Shown one piece after another: positions 8,801 through 19,519 of a DNA stretch of 41,212 nt. The position numbers and the translations under genes are program-made. Position 1 is the stretch's first letter. Each line of letters starts with the position of its first letter. Under the pieces are notes generated by a model, which saw nothing but the letters and a program-made list of their open reading frames with translations, did not search any database and was not told the origin of the DNA. Origin of the DNA: a bacterium (GTDB lineage: Bacteria > JAMCPX01); NCBI GenBank assembly GCA_037439545.1, contig JBBIVV010000006.1, positions 28,475 through 69,686 of the forward strand, in the 5' to 3' direction.

Positions 8801-10621
8801 TTACAGGACATAAGCCTCTTTTTCTATTACATGCTGGGCTATCTTATCCTTAATACCGGAAAGGTTAATACCATAGGTAAATGTCAATCTTGATAACGCT
8901 TTTTCATAGGTCTTGAATTCTTCCGCATTGTCCTCGGCTACATCACCGAGCACCTGTCTTGCAATGAGAGTGACTTTATTCAGCGACTCATTCACATACG
9001 CACGGGTCAAGAGTATAGGAATGGATATTGCCGTCTCACCCTTAAGCTCTTTCAATTTGAATGTCCTTAACAATGCCGAATCCATAGCGTATACTTCCAT
9101 CATCATGTTTGCCAGTTGTTCAAATATATATTCGCCCCTTCCAAATTGGAATCCTTTATCCATCAGTTCTGCCATGTATTTCTGTACTGCGACACCAGCG
9201 GCGTATACGGTTAATTTTTTGGCTATTTCGGCAGCTAACTTTTCGATGCCGAGCAGACCGGTTTCCGGAGTTTTGTTTACTTTATCGGCTTTTACTTCTG
9301 CAAGGATCTCATTGAGTCTGCCCGTGAAATCAAGCTCACCCTTCATCGATCTTTTTAAAATGGTAGCAGGGATTAGCAACCGGTTGATCTCGTTTGTTCC
9401 CTCAAAGATCCTGTTGATCCTTGCATCCCTGTATGCCCTCGCTACGGGATATTCTTCTATATATCCGTAACCGCCGTAGCTCTGTACGGCCTCATCAACT
9501 ACGAAAGCGAGCATCTCGGAGCCATACACCTTGAGTATCGATGATTCTATATCGTAGTCTTCAAATATCTTACCGGCTTTCTTGCTGAAATCCGGTGACT
9601 TGTGATCGAGTGCATGAATACCGTTGTCTATCATGCCTGAAGTCCTGTATGCCATGCTTTCCGTAGCATAGACCTTGATCATCATATCCGCAAACTTCCT
9701 TCTCAGCATACCGAAACTTGAAATCGGCTGGCCAAACTGCATTCTCTGGTTTGCGTACTGGACAGCGAACTTTATTATTTCTTTTGAGCCGCCAACAGAA
9801 GCCACACCAAGCTTGAGCCTTCCTATATCAAGCACCCCCAAGGCCGATTGATGGCCCTTGCCTATCTCACCGAGTACATTCTCCACTGGTACTTTCACAT
9901 CGTTCATTATGACAGGCCTTGTCGATGACCCCTTGATACCCATTTTACTCTCTTCCTTGCCGGTAGACAGTCCTTCATAGCCTTTCTCTACTATAAACGC
10001 AGTAAACTTCTCGCCGTTAACCTTTGCATACACGATAAAGAGATCCGCAAAACCTGCATTGGTAATAAATTGTTTTTCCCCATTCAGGATATAGTATTTA
10101 CCGTCACTGCTGAGTACAGCTTTTGTCTTTGCACCGAGGGCGTCTGAGCCGTATCCCGTTTCCGTAAGGGCATAAGCTGCGATCATTTCTCCTGTTGCAA
10201 GCTTAGGAAGATATTTCTTCTTCTGTGCCTCGGTTCCGAAGAATACTATCGGAAGCGTGCCTATGCCGTTGTGGGCAAGGATCGTTGCCGCGAAAGCTCC
10301 CGACTTTGCGATCGCCTCCGACACCCTCAAGGAAGTCGCCAGATCCATTCCAAGACCGCCGAATTCCTCGGGAATCTCTATCATTAGGAGTCCAAGTTCT
10401 CCTGCTTTTTTCATAAGTTTTGTGTTTAGTTCCAGTTTCCTGTCGTGTTCTTCCATTGCATCGGCAAGCGGAAGCGCTTCTTTCTCCATGAAATCAACCG
10501 CAGTATCTGCGAAGCTCTTTTGTTCTTCTGTGAATTGTTCCGGAACGAATATGTCATTAGATGCCTCATGATTCAGCAAAAAACCACCGCCAACCGGCTT
10601 TATTACATTTTCATTACCCAT
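8801..10621 (-). CDS. fadE: Acyl-CoA dehydrogenase, long (~600 aa) FadE/VLCAD-like type
   Basis: GGGFL N-terminus, AYALTETGYGSDA, LNGEKQFITNAG, KMGIKGSST, R.QFGQPI, GGYGYIEEY, RDARINRIFEGTNEINR. AAAGGAG RBS before ATG 10621. Confidence 0.9.
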   Translation of the reverse strand: MGNENVIKPVGGGFLLNHEASNDIFVPEQFTEEQKSFADTAVDFMEKEALPLADAMEEHDRKLELNTKLMKKAGELGLLMIEIPEEFGGLGMDLATSLRVSEAIAKSGAFAATILAHNGIGTLPIVFFGTEAQKKKYLPKLATGEMIAAYALTETGYGSDALGAKTKAVLSSDGKYYILNGEKQFITNAGFADLFIVYAKVNGEKFTAFIVEKGYEGLSTGKEESKMGIKGSSTRPVIMNDVKVPVENVLGEIGKGHQSALGVLDIGRLKLGVASVGGSKEIIKFAVQYANQRMQFGQPISSFGMLRRKFADMMIKVYATESMAYRTSGMIDNGIHALDHKSPDFSKKAGKIFEDYDIESSILKVYGSEMLAFVVDEAVQSYGGYGYIEEYPVARAYRDARINRIFEGTNEINRLLIPATILKRSMKGELDFTGRLNEILAEVKADKVNKTPETGLLGIEKLAAEIAKKLTVYAAGVAVQKYMAELMDKGFQFGRGEYIFEQLANMMMEVYAMDSALLRTFKLKELKGETAISIPILLTRAYVNESLNKVTLIARQVLGDVAEDNAEEFKTYEKALSRLTFTYGINLSGIKDKIAQHVIEKEAYVL

Positions 10622-10635
10622 TTTTTTATCTCCTT

Positions 10636-10653
10636 TGAATGAATATTCATTCA
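10636..10653. promoter_or_regulatory. Perfect 18-bp palindromic operator, FadR(YsiA)/TetR-type box
   Basis: TGAATGAAT|ATTCATTCA lies between the predicted -10 (TGATATACAAT, minus strand) and the RBS of the acyl-CoA dehydrogenase. Matches the B. subtilis FadR box TGAATGAnTAnTCATTCA. Confidence 0.8.
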
Positions 10654-10684
10654 TTGTATATCATAGTAAAACAGGGGAATGCAA
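10653..10684 (-). promoter_or_regulatory. Sigma70-type promoter for the acyl-CoA dehydrogenase
   Basis: TTGCAT (10684-10679) followed by TG-A-TATACA/TACAAT (10663-10653). Confidence 0.5.
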
Positions 10685-10738
10685 GAAAAATAGTAGATGC
10701 GGTTTTATGGGACAAACGTTCTGTTTTATGTTACGAAA

Positions 10739-11617
10739 TTAATTCCCGCCAACCGTTTCAACGTACTTTATTATCTCGGTTGCAATGTCCTGGTCATTTA
10801 TCTTCTCCAGTGCTTCTATTCCCGGTGAGGGATTGATTTCAAGTATTTTTGGCCCATTCTCGCTCTCGATGATATCAACGCCGGCAATATCCAGCCCGAT
10901 AGTTTTTACAGCTTTCTTTGCCATATATGCATAAAGTTCGGGTAATTCTATCTTTTCTGCCTGTCCTCCACGATGAATATTGGTCCTAAACTCCCCTGCC
11001 CTCGCTATCCTGCGCATTGAAGCAATTACCCTGTCTCCGGCAACAAGCACCCTTATGTCCCTGCCTTTTGATTCAGAAACGAACTGTTGTATGATGATGT
11101 TTTGACCAAGACTAAAAAATGCATTGATAGTAGATTCTATTGTATCGCGGGAATCGGCAAGGATTACTCCAATACCCTGGGCACCTTCTATCAGTTTCAG
11201 TATGACAGGGGGACCGCCCACTAATTTCAATGCTGTGTCTATGTCTTCCGGATTCCGTATCATTGCAGTCGCCGGAACGTCTATACCTGCCGCAACAAGC
11301 CATTGTGCACTCATAAATTTATCCCGCGCAAGAGCAATGGCAGAGGCACGGTTTACAACCGGAATATTCATTAATTCGAACTGTTTGACAACAGCCATAC
11401 CGAAACTGTTCACCGTACCGGATATACGAGGTATTACTTTGCCAGGTTGTTTAACAACATTGTTCTTATAGGTAAGAGCAGCTCTGCCGTCAACTATCGA
11501 AATATTAAACTTTAAAGGGTCTATGACCTTTACGGCATGCCCTCTCATCCTTGCTGCCTGAGCAAGTCTCCGGGTCGAATATATACCGATTTTCTTGGAT
11601 AATATGAGGATACGCAT
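10739..11617 (-). CDS. rimK: RimK-family ATP-grasp alpha-L-glutamate ligase
   Basis: MRILILS...YSTRRL..AA..RGH.V.VIDPL, ARDKF, GAQGIGV, QQFVSESKGRDIRV, FRTNIHRGG, EINPSPG. Start overlaps the upstream stop (TGATG). Confidence 0.9.
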   Translation of the reverse strand: MRILILSKKIGIYSTRRLAQAARMRGHAVKVIDPLKFNISIVDGRAALTYKNNVVKQPGKVIPRISGTVNSFGMAVVKQFELMNIPVVNRASAIALARDKFMSAQWLVAAGIDVPATAMIRNPEDIDTALKLVGGPPVILKLIEGAQGIGVILADSRDTIESTINAFFSLGQNIIIQQFVSESKGRDIRVLVAGDRVIASMRRIARAGEFRTNIHRGGQAEKIELPELYAYMAKKAVKTIGLDIAGVDIIESENGPKILEINPSPGIEALEKINDQDIATEIIKYVETVGGN

Positions 11618-12333
11618 CAATACAGTATGATAATCTCTCTATGCAGGCTAAGGGTCTTTATCCATGATTTTAACTGCCTGTCATACTCCTTTTGCTCGAG
11701 TATCTTTTTGATTTGCTGATCAATGTCAGCCGTTTCCAGCCCTTTGAATGCTTCTTTGTTGTTCTGATAATATGCTTTGATATTCTTTTCGCTTATCTTT
11801 ACCAGTATCCTGATCTCATCATAAATATACTGTTTTATTATAAGTTCATCCGACATATACTTATTGAGATAGTCCTCGTTTATGGCATATTGTCTGATAA
11901 AAGCATCATAGTTAATGTTTGAACTGAATTTGGCTTTGAACTGCTCAATAAGGATATTGACCTCTTTCTGATCGGGTGTTTTAATCGATAATAATTTGGC
12001 ATCCTTCAGCATCAGCATTTTGTCGATGAGTTGGTTCAATGACGAACGTATATATTCATCATCCTTCATATCCTGTATGCCTTTTGAAGGGCCATCCTCA
12101 GAAACTGCATTTACGGCGGCATAACGCATCAATTGTAAACTTGTAATAACGCCGACACCCTGTATGGAGGCTGCGACTTTGTCGATAATGATTTGACCGG
12201 CATAGACATAAAACGGGTTCATCAGTAAAACCGCTATGACCATGGAGCTTAACAAAAACCTTCTTATTCCGTGTGATACTTCTGCCGAAGCTGCTGTCTT
12301 TTCAACGGGTCTAATTTTTTTATTTTTCAACAT
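11617..12333 (-). CDS. SurA N-terminal-domain periplasmic chaperone lacking a parvulin domain
   Basis: IIDKVAASI...VIT, LNQLIDKMLMLKDAK, I..YYQNNKEAF, ..WIKTL....I.I. Lies directly downstream of the Omp85 gene. Start uncertain. Confidence 0.7.
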   Translation of the reverse strand: MLKNKKIRPVEKTAASAEVSHGIRRFLLSSMVIAVLLMNPFYVYAGQIIIDKVAASIQGVGVITSLQLMRYAAVNAVSEDGPSKGIQDMKDDEYIRSSLNQLIDKMLMLKDAKLLSIKTPDQKEVNILIEQFKAKFSSNINYDAFIRQYAINEDYLNKYMSDELIIKQYIYDEIRILVKISEKNIKAYYQNNKEAFKGLETADIDQQIKKILEQKEYDRQLKSWIKTLSLHREIIILY

Positions 12334-12347
12334 TTTTCACTTTTTAT

Positions 12348-15206
12348 TTATAAAACCGTACCAATATAGAAATTCAATGCCGTAGGACTTTCACCGGTTC
12401 TCCGGTCAAGCTTAAACCCAACATCGAGGTTTAATGCGCCTGCGGGCGTTACGTACCTTATGCCGACACCGGCAGTTTTTCGTATATCATGCATGCCTTT
12501 GAGCTCAAAACTACCCGGAGCTGACCATACATTACCGCCGTCAGTAAATACGACCCAGTCAAAACTATCAATGAGGTTAATCCTGAATTCCGTCTGGTAG
12601 TTAAGCAAAATGTCTCCACCGATAGGTGTATTGTCGGCTCCTATAGGCCCTACCGTGTCTTCCACAAAACCTCTTATGGTAGACCCTCCCCCAAGATAAA
12701 ATCTCTTTTCTATAGGCAAAGCCACCGTTGTGCCAAGCGGCCATGTATAGCCGCCTCTCAGAGAGAGAACATAGGTTACACCATTGCTCACCGGCACATA
12801 TTTTGTTGCAGCGGTATAGAGTTTTAAATATTCCTCCTGCGATATAAACCAATGCTTTGCCCAATCGAGCCTGAGAATCTGAAAATAACCGTTTGTCGGA
12901 TTAAAGGGATTATTCCTTTCATCGATAAATATAATGGGTGATATAATTCCCAATTGCCTTGGCTGCACATCTGCCGGACCCAATACAGCTCCGGGCTGAA
13001 CATCCATCGGTTCTCTTATTTCAAAATCGTATTGAAGCGAAAGTTTTAATGCCTGACTGATGTTCCTATTCAATCCAACCACGACACTCCTCGTTTTTAA
13101 GCCGTAACGTACCACTAAATTCTTCACATAAGAATCGATCAAGTCTATACTACCGGTTATATCGGTATTGAAAATATAATTTTCTTTGTATCCGAGATCT
13201 AAATCCCTCTCGTTTGTTATATAATTGTTGAAATTAAACATCTTCCTGAACTCATAAACAGCAGGCTGGACACCGCCGCCTATGTGGAAGTCTAAGGATC
13301 TTGCCGTACCAAGTATGTTGTTATCATAGAGATCGACGGCCCCTCTATAGCCTTCCACGGTTCCATAACCAACCGATACGGCAACACCCCTTGTTTTGCG
13401 CTCTTTAACGATGACGTCTATATCTACGGTATTCCTGTGATTGCTGTCCGGTACCGGTTTGATATCTACATTCTCGAAATAACCTGTTTTCAGCAGATTG
13501 ATCCTGCTCTGAATAATGTTGTCCGGTATAAAATACATGCCTGTTTTGAAATCCAGGTTCTTTTCTATAACCCAAGTAGCGGTTTTTATATTACCTGCAA
13601 TAATGACCTTGCCTATATATATGCGTGCACCTTCTTTTACTCTAAAAGCGACCTCTGCATTGGTTTTGTTTATTCTATAATCATATTCCACTGCTGCATT
13701 GATGTATCCGTGAGAAAAATAAAATTGTTCTATGTCCCTTTTTATGTCCTGGACCTGCCATAGATTAAATGGTCCGTTGATCCGGATCTGGTCAATCATG
13801 GACATGACCGGTTTATTCATCTTTTCTGATACGCCGTTTACACTTACACTATTTACCGTGGTCTGATCGCCCTCCTGCATAACAATGGTTAAATTGATCC
13901 ATTCTTTCCTTTGGTCCACGAAATCTATCTTTATAGTGCTTATCTTTACATTCAGAAAACCATTTATCTTATAGAGATAGATAATGGCTTTCATATCATT
14001 CTCAAATCTCTGCGGCGATAGTACGCCGTTATATCTGTAATTATATATATAAGAATACAGACGCCACGGCATGGTCAATATCTGTGCTTTAATCGCCGAT
14101 GAACTTATATGCCTGTTGCCGCTGAAGAATATACCCGCTATGAAAATCTTTTTGCCTTCATGGAAGTTATAAATTACGTGTATTCTTTTCTTTTTAAGCA
14201 CAGAATAATCGACCGTGCAGAAATAATATCCTTTGTCTTTAAAATAATTTTCCAATCTTATTTTGTAGATCTCGAAATTAAGATATCCCCCGCTCTTCTT
14301 GATGCCCATTATATCCAGCAGCTCTTCATGGGATATGTGTTTTGCGCCGATAAACTCGAAGACATACAGAGGGCCCGCATGTATATCGATGTTTATGTAA
14401 GCTTCTTCGAAATTAGCAGAATATATGATTTCAGGCCTTCGAAGTGATACCTGCCAGTAACCTTGAGAATGATAATATGTTTCGAGCGTACCTATTACAT
14501 TGTCCACCGTACTCCTTATAAGACGTTCCTGCGGCTTGATACTTATTTGAGCAGACAATGCCGAGCTCTCTATCTCAGGCTCACCGGTAAACTTGATTGA
14601 TTTTACAATTGCAGGACGTCCTTCTTCAACATCTGCACGCAGAGTGACCGAATCGCGTGATGTCTGTTCAAAAGATACTTTTACATTAACCGTCATAAAG
14701 CCGACGTCATTGTAAAATCTTATTACCTGTTCCTTGATTGTATTCAGTGACGAACTATAAAACGGCGTGCCCGGCTGCACATAAACTGCATGCTCAAGGT
14801 CTTTGACAGGAACGCTCTTTACGCCATAGAATTCCATTTTCGATACTACAATAATAGGCTCGCATTTATACGTAAGGAATATCCTGCTATCGGCTGTCGT
14901 TATACCAAGTGCAACATTGGAACACTGGTTCGTTGAATAGATGAGCCTTATCGTTTCATCTGCATCATTCATACTGAAAGGTATACCCTGTTTTGTCTTA
15001 ATAAGTTCTTTGATACTGTCCGTTTTAATATCCGAAGGAAAATCGAGCGTAACGTGTGATATGACCATGCCGCTATATGGAGATGCATCGAGGTCCGCAA
15101 AGGCTGTCACTGCATAAGAAAGAAGGAACAGACACGCGGAAAGAATAAAATATGGTATGATAAAGTTCCTGTATTTGCGGACGGGATGAAGGGACATATC
15201 AGTCAT
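12348..15206 (-). CDS. bamA: Omp85-family outer-membrane protein assembly factor (BamA/TamA-like, extended POTRA array)
   Basis: Repeated POTRA-type segments (Y...GY/F...V, EG....I.F.GN). Barrel motifs DERNNPFNPTNG, RFYLGGGSTIRGF, GVGIRYVTPAG. Start overlaps the tamB stop. Confidence 0.85.
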   Translation of the reverse strand: MTDMSLHPVRKYRNFIIPYFILSACLFLLSYAVTAFADLDASPYSGMVISHVTLDFPSDIKTDSIKELIKTKQGIPFSMNDADETIRLIYSTNQCSNVALGITTADSRIFLTYKCEPIIVVSKMEFYGVKSVPVKDLEHAVYVQPGTPFYSSSLNTIKEQVIRFYNDVGFMTVNVKVSFEQTSRDSVTLRADVEEGRPAIVKSIKFTGEPEIESSALSAQISIKPQERLIRSTVDNVIGTLETYYHSQGYWQVSLRRPEIIYSANFEEAYINIDIHAGPLYVFEFIGAKHISHEELLDIMGIKKSGGYLNFEIYKIRLENYFKDKGYYFCTVDYSVLKKKRIHVIYNFHEGKKIFIAGIFFSGNRHISSSAIKAQILTMPWRLYSYIYNYRYNGVLSPQRFENDMKAIIYLYKINGFLNVKISTIKIDFVDQRKEWINLTIVMQEGDQTTVNSVSVNGVSEKMNKPVMSMIDQIRINGPFNLWQVQDIKRDIEQFYFSHGYINAAVEYDYRINKTNAEVAFRVKEGARIYIGKVIIAGNIKTATWVIEKNLDFKTGMYFIPDNIIQSRINLLKTGYFENVDIKPVPDSNHRNTVDIDVIVKERKTRGVAVSVGYGTVEGYRGAVDLYDNNILGTARSLDFHIGGGVQPAVYEFRKMFNFNNYITNERDLDLGYKENYIFNTDITGSIDLIDSYVKNLVVRYGLKTRSVVVGLNRNISQALKLSLQYDFEIREPMDVQPGAVLGPADVQPRQLGIISPIIFIDERNNPFNPTNGYFQILRLDWAKHWFISQEEYLKLYTAATKYVPVSNGVTYVLSLRGGYTWPLGTTVALPIEKRFYLGGGSTIRGFVEDTVGPIGADNTPIGGDILLNYQTEFRINLIDSFDWVVFTDGGNVWSAPGSFELKGMHDIRKTAGVGIRYVTPAGALNLDVGFKLDRRTGESPTALNFYIGTVL

Positions 15207-18200
15207 CAAAACTCATACTTGTATTTTAAATCACCGCCAATATTGCCAAGGCTGTTATTGGATGTGTTTGATTGTATTCCAGAAACAGTGTTTCCCCAGC
15301 TTCCAATAAAGTATAGCCTCCTGCTTAATTTATACTCTCCCTGGAAACGCTGCAGGTTGTATCCGCTCAAGTCATTCGAATAAAGAATATCGAAGTCATT
15401 TGAAAGCCTTTTCGTCACAATCAGTCTTATACTCGTGGAAGGTGCTCCTATAGGATAATAGGGCTCTACCTGAATGTTATCGACCCAGAATATTTTCTTG
15501 AATTTATTGAGATTCTCGTCGCCCATTACCTCAGAGAAGATATCTTTCGCAAGTTTGCTTCCAACGGCTGTCCCAACTTCATAAGCTGCCGCAGAACTTA
15601 CCCCGCTCTTCATAAGGTCGGAAGGAGTTACACCATAAGTGAGTAAGCTTATGATGTCCATTTCATCGAGGTTCGGCGGATATGAGGTAAGACTAACATT
15701 GAGTTTGTTCAGTTCACCGGCAATGGTGAGGTAAATTTTATAGTCAGTAAACTCGTTATTTACCATAAACTGCTGTGACGTCGAAGCTCTTAAGTCTACG
15801 AATGGGTTTTGCGGATGCTCTTGTGTGTAAGTAACCACTGCATTGTCCATGGTGAACGTGGTTGACCGGTAATAAATCCTGCCTTCATTCGTAGATATAT
15901 TACCGATTATGACCGGATCGTCCACCGTGCCTATAATCTTAAGTTCTGCGCTGAGGATGCTGTTGAGGATATTGTTATCAATAATAATGCTGTTATTCGA
16001 AGCAATGGTAATGTTCAGTTTCAAAGGATGCCCCTGCTTATGTTCGATGGTCTTGGGTTCAAATTTTCTGTGCTGAAATTTAAGCATCTGATCCTCCCAG
16101 TTTATATAGTCCGTGTAGACCGCATTGATGACCCTTATGTTCCCTTCAAGCACAGGCTGCGGATAATCACCTTTCATACCAAGCTCGCCTTCAAGCTGGA
16201 GCGGAATGGTATTGTTATAAACAAAGTTCATGTCTTTAAATATGAGAGAGAGATCGAATACTCTGGGTAAAAAACCTGCGGTAATGATCCTTCCACTGCC
16301 GGACATGGAACCGGAATTTATATTTCCGTTAAACTCTTTTACAATGATATTGTTTTTTGCCATAACAACAGACATATGGACGCCCGAGAGTGTTATGGGT
16401 AATTCCGTAAAGCTTGCGCCTCCATTCAACTCCGCCTCTCCATTGAAATCGATATTATTTTTTTCTCCGTAAATCCTCGTGTTAATTTTCAACATGCCTG
16501 TCGCTCCTGCAACAACATTCGTCAAGACGGGAACATAGCCAAGATCTACGTCTCCATCGATCAGCATGTCAATACCGCCGTTCATGTTATAAAAACCTGT
16601 CAGTTTAACGAGACTATCCTTACCGCTTATGACAAAATCCCTGAAATATAGATTGTCATTTGCAATATCGATGAACACAGGTTCATCGTTATGCAGCAAG
16701 GCATACTGGTTGCCGACATTGGCTGTGGTAAGGTATATATAACCGACTAATGAGCCGGGAATATTTTTAAGCTTGCCGACAAGCCATAATTTACCGGTAA
16801 CATCAGAAGTAATGCTGATTCCCGCGAAAGCAGCAGCCAGAGGCATAGCGTTAAATTTATTAAATTGTGCGGTGAGTTCAAACGGATATCCATCCGCCAG
16901 ACCAAGATGGGTTGACATATCGATAGAGCCGTCAAACAAATCCGAACTTCCTGACAGAGTATTGCCTGAAAAATGCATGGATGTCGAAAAATCTGGTATC
17001 TTGCTTTTGTCATAAATAATATTTTTTGCCTCGATGGAAATATCGGCAACAGGATTATATGTACTGCCGCTTATGCTGCCTTTGAATACTGCCAGAGCTT
17101 TGAGAGGCACCTTTGTCCTCACTATTGAATCAATAGAATCGACATTGAATTCATCGCTGTTAAAATGAATATTCATGTCACCGTTCTCTGCAAGAGCACC
17201 CTTGATATGAAGTTTATTTTCACCTTTCATGAATTCTGCCTTATCGATATGAAAGACCCCGTTCACTACGGTCAATTTTACATTACCGCGGTCAAATGTC
17301 TGCCAGGAGAAGTCGGGCCGGGAAAAAGACATCTCCGCAAAACCATTCATTTTAAGTGCGGGACCATCAATCCTTGCACTACCGGAAATAGAGCCGCTCG
17401 TGCTCAGAGTAATTCCGGCATTCTCCGTAATATCGGTTAAAGCAAGTGGAGCAAGCTTTATCCCCATATGCAGTTCAACTTGATCGGTAAATCTTATTCC
17501 CCCGTCGACAAAGAGATTTGATTCATTGCGAACAGCTTTTATTGACTCGAGTGAGAGAGTGTCTCCCGTAAAACTTATACCGCCTGTTACGCTCCCGAGT
17601 TTTATGTGCTCCAGACTGAAATCATTGAAAACCGCATCGCCGTGTATTGTAATGTCGGTGAATGGACCTGCGATAAAGCCTTTTACACTGCCGATACCGC
17701 TATAGGGCATTTCTGCTATGGGGCTTACATCCCTCATGTCCATTTTATGAGAATCAAACGTTAAAAACATGGCTCCTGTAAAATACAGTGCGGTATAGGC
17801 ATGCACGAAAGACCTTGCAGACTGTACCGTCGAATCGGTAATATATGCACATTGGTCCGTGAATATAACTCCGGTCTTAACAACAACCGGTTTCACCACC
17901 ATTATAGTGTGCTTCTTTTTACTTTTATAAGAATCATCATATACCGAGAATTGTCTGAACACGGTATCTGCATTTCCAGACAGGTACACAGGGTTGAACG
18001 TCCCCTGCACGGCAACTTTTCCCGTTATGTTTCCATCGACATAGGGACCCGGCACGGTCAACGCAGAGAGGATCCCGCCGAAGCTTATCCCCTTCAGATC
18101 GAGCGATATCTTTGCGGGCAGAGTATTGTCCGCAAAATTTACCTCACCGTTAAACTTTATAGTACCGTGAGCTATAGTGACATCTCCAGATTTTATAGTC

Positions 18201-19162
18201 AGATCATGCGATCGTAATGAATAGCTTATATGTCCGGTACCTCCCTTTACACCGCCTATCGTCATATCGTCAAAGCTTATATCGCCTGTCGAGGAAGGAT
18301 TTAAGATGTTACCCTTTATCGTCCCCTTAACGGAATAACTCCCTGACAGCTCAGGTAATGAAACAGGGATGCTTTTGAAAACAGGATTCAAACGTTCTAT
18401 ATGCTTTATCGAGGCCGTTAAAAGTATATCGAGGTTTGGATTGCCATAGTCGCGAATATGTCCGCCTGCAGAAAGGCTGACCTCGCCCGAATACAGCCTT
18501 AAACTCTTTATTGAAACATCTCTATTATCCAGTCCGCCATTGAACTGCAATTCTGTTATTGTAAACGGGATACCGGCTTTTGACAGCGTCATGCCTGTTA
18601 TTTCAATGAATCCGTCGGCTTTGTCGTTGTCAATATCGGGATACGCATCCATTGAAAGGCTTTTTATGGAAATATCTGTACTGTAAGAAGGTATGCTGAG
18701 TGAAAGCGATGCATTGCTTACAACAATATGATCAAGAGAAACGGGGAGCTTATTCTCTATTTCTTTTATATCGTGCCCCGTATTATTTCCATGCATTTTC
18801 CCCGGCAGCTTCTTGTTCATTGTCAGGGATATTTTTGCATTATCGACATAAACGACCTTTAATCTCGGTTTTTTGGCTAATATACTCGGTGGCTCGAGGA
18901 CAAGGGTTAGTTTCCCTATGTCAGCGCGGTAAGTATGGTCACCTTTCAGGTTCAAGGAAAACACCGTTATGCTCGACGAAAGGATGGAGATCTCAATCCT
19001 GCCGATAGATACCCCTATGCCGGTCCTGTCCGTTATAAATTTTGCTATCTTATCCTTGAAAAGGTTTTCTATGACATCTGTCCTGAGGATAACGATAAGC
19101 GCGAGTGTAAGAAGTAAAATGATCCCATAGAATATATATGCCTTATTTTTTCTGTCCTTCAT
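15206..19162 (-). CDS. tamB: Translocation/assembly module TamB (AsmA-like, C-terminal DUF490)
   Basis: N-terminal TM anchor, long Gly-rich beta-taco repeats, C-terminal [43 protein letters not shown]. Start is 19162 or 19192. Confidence 0.88.
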   Translation of the reverse strand: MKDRKNKAYIFYGIILLLTLALIVILRTDVIENLFKDKIAKFITDRTGIGVSIGRIEISILSSSITVFSLNLKGDHTYRADIGKLTLVLEPPSILAKKPRLKVVYVDNAKISLTMNKKLPGKMHGNNTGHDIKEIENKLPVSLDHIVVSNASLSLSIPSYSTDISIKSLSMDAYPDIDNDKADGFIEITGMTLSKAGIPFTITELQFNGGLDNRDVSIKSLRLYSGEVSLSAGGHIRDYGNPNLDILLTASIKHIERLNPVFKSIPVSLPELSGSYSVKGTIKGNILNPSSTGDISFDDMTIGGVKGGTGHISYSLRSHDLTIKSGDVTIAHGTIKFNGEVNFADNTLPAKISLDLKGISFGGILSALTVPGPYVDGNITGKVAVQGTFNPVYLSGNADTVFRQFSVYDDSYKSKKKHTIMVVKPVVVKTGVIFTDQCAYITDSTVQSARSFVHAYTALYFTGAMFLTFDSHKMDMRDVSPIAEMPYSGIGSVKGFIAGPFTDITIHGDAVFNDFSLEHIKLGSVTGGISFTGDTLSLESIKAVRNESNLFVDGGIRFTDQVELHMGIKLAPLALTDITENAGITLSTSGSISGSARIDGPALKMNGFAEMSFSRPDFSWQTFDRGNVKLTVVNGVFHIDKAEFMKGENKLHIKGALAENGDMNIHFNSDEFNVDSIDSIVRTKVPLKALAVFKGSISGSTYNPVADISIEAKNIIYDKSKIPDFSTSMHFSGNTLSGSSDLFDGSIDMSTHLGLADGYPFELTAQFNKFNAMPLAAAFAGISITSDVTGKLWLVGKLKNIPGSLVGYIYLTTANVGNQYALLHNDEPVFIDIANDNLYFRDFVISGKDSLVKLTGFYNMNGGIDMLIDGDVDLGYVPVLTNVVAGATGMLKINTRIYGEKNNIDFNGEAELNGGASFTELPITLSGVHMSVVMAKNNIIVKEFNGNINSGSMSGSGRIITAGFLPRVFDLSLIFKDMNFVYNNTIPLQLEGELGMKGDYPQPVLEGNIRVINAVYTDYINWEDQMLKFQHRKFEPKTIEHKQGHPLKLNITIASNNSIIIDNNILNSILSAELKIIGTVDDPVIIGNISTNEGRIYYRSTTFTMDNAVVTYTQEHPQNPFVDLRASTSQQFMVNNEFTDYKIYLTIAGELNKLNVSLTSYPPNLDEMDIISLLTYGVTPSDLMKSGVSSAAAYEVGTAVGSKLAKDIFSEVMGDENLNKFKKIFWVDNIQVEPYYPIGAPSTSIRLIVTKRLSNDFDILYSNDLSGYNLQRFQGEYKLSRRLYFIGSWGNTVSGIQSNTSNNSLGNIGGDLKYKYEF

Positions 19163-19322
19163 CGATACCGTTCGCTTTATTATGTTTTTCATCCTGTATA
19201 CTGTACTCTTCCTTGAGCCATTTGCCGAGATCTATCATCCTGCATCTATAAGAGCAAAAAGGCCTATGAGGGTTCTTTCCCCATTCACCCGTTTTACCGC
19301 ATTGAGGACATTTTACATTCAT
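19143..19322 (-). CDS. yacG: DNA gyrase inhibitor YacG (zinc finger)
   Basis: VKCPQCGK...[26 protein letters not shown]. Start is 19322 or 19328. Confidence 0.93.
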   Translation of the reverse strand: MNVKCPQCGKTGEWGKNPHRPFCSYRCRMIDLGKWLKEEYSIQDEKHNKANGIDEGQKK

Positions 19323-19344
19323 AGACATAATTGTATATCAGCAA

Positions 19345-19445
19345 ACCCCATTAGAAAAGACCTATCTTCAGGCATGCCCCTTTTTGGGGAATTTTTAGTT
19401 TATCATACCATCCTTGGCATAAATGGCAAGGTTTTCTAACCGGGT
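19345..19445 (-). mobile_element. ~101-bp MITE/REPIN-like element, copy 2
   Basis: Ends ACCCCATTAGAAAA (19345-19358) and TTTTCTAACCGGGT (19432-19445). Reverse-strand interior shares CCAT.TAT..C..GGAT..TATGATAA, AATTCC, GGGC.TG and GTC.TTTCT with 2773-2874. Confidence 0.65.
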
Positions 19446-19519
19446 AAAATGAAAAGTTTGAAAGGAAAATAGAGAACAAAGTTCTCCGGGGTTTACACGA
19501 GGCGTAGTAAATGCCTGAC

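Noticed and set aside
8913..10571. Long antisense ORFs opposite fadE (similar ones lie opposite hemA, trp, liv and his genes)
   Set aside because: Shadow frames of well-supported genes with no independent motifs.
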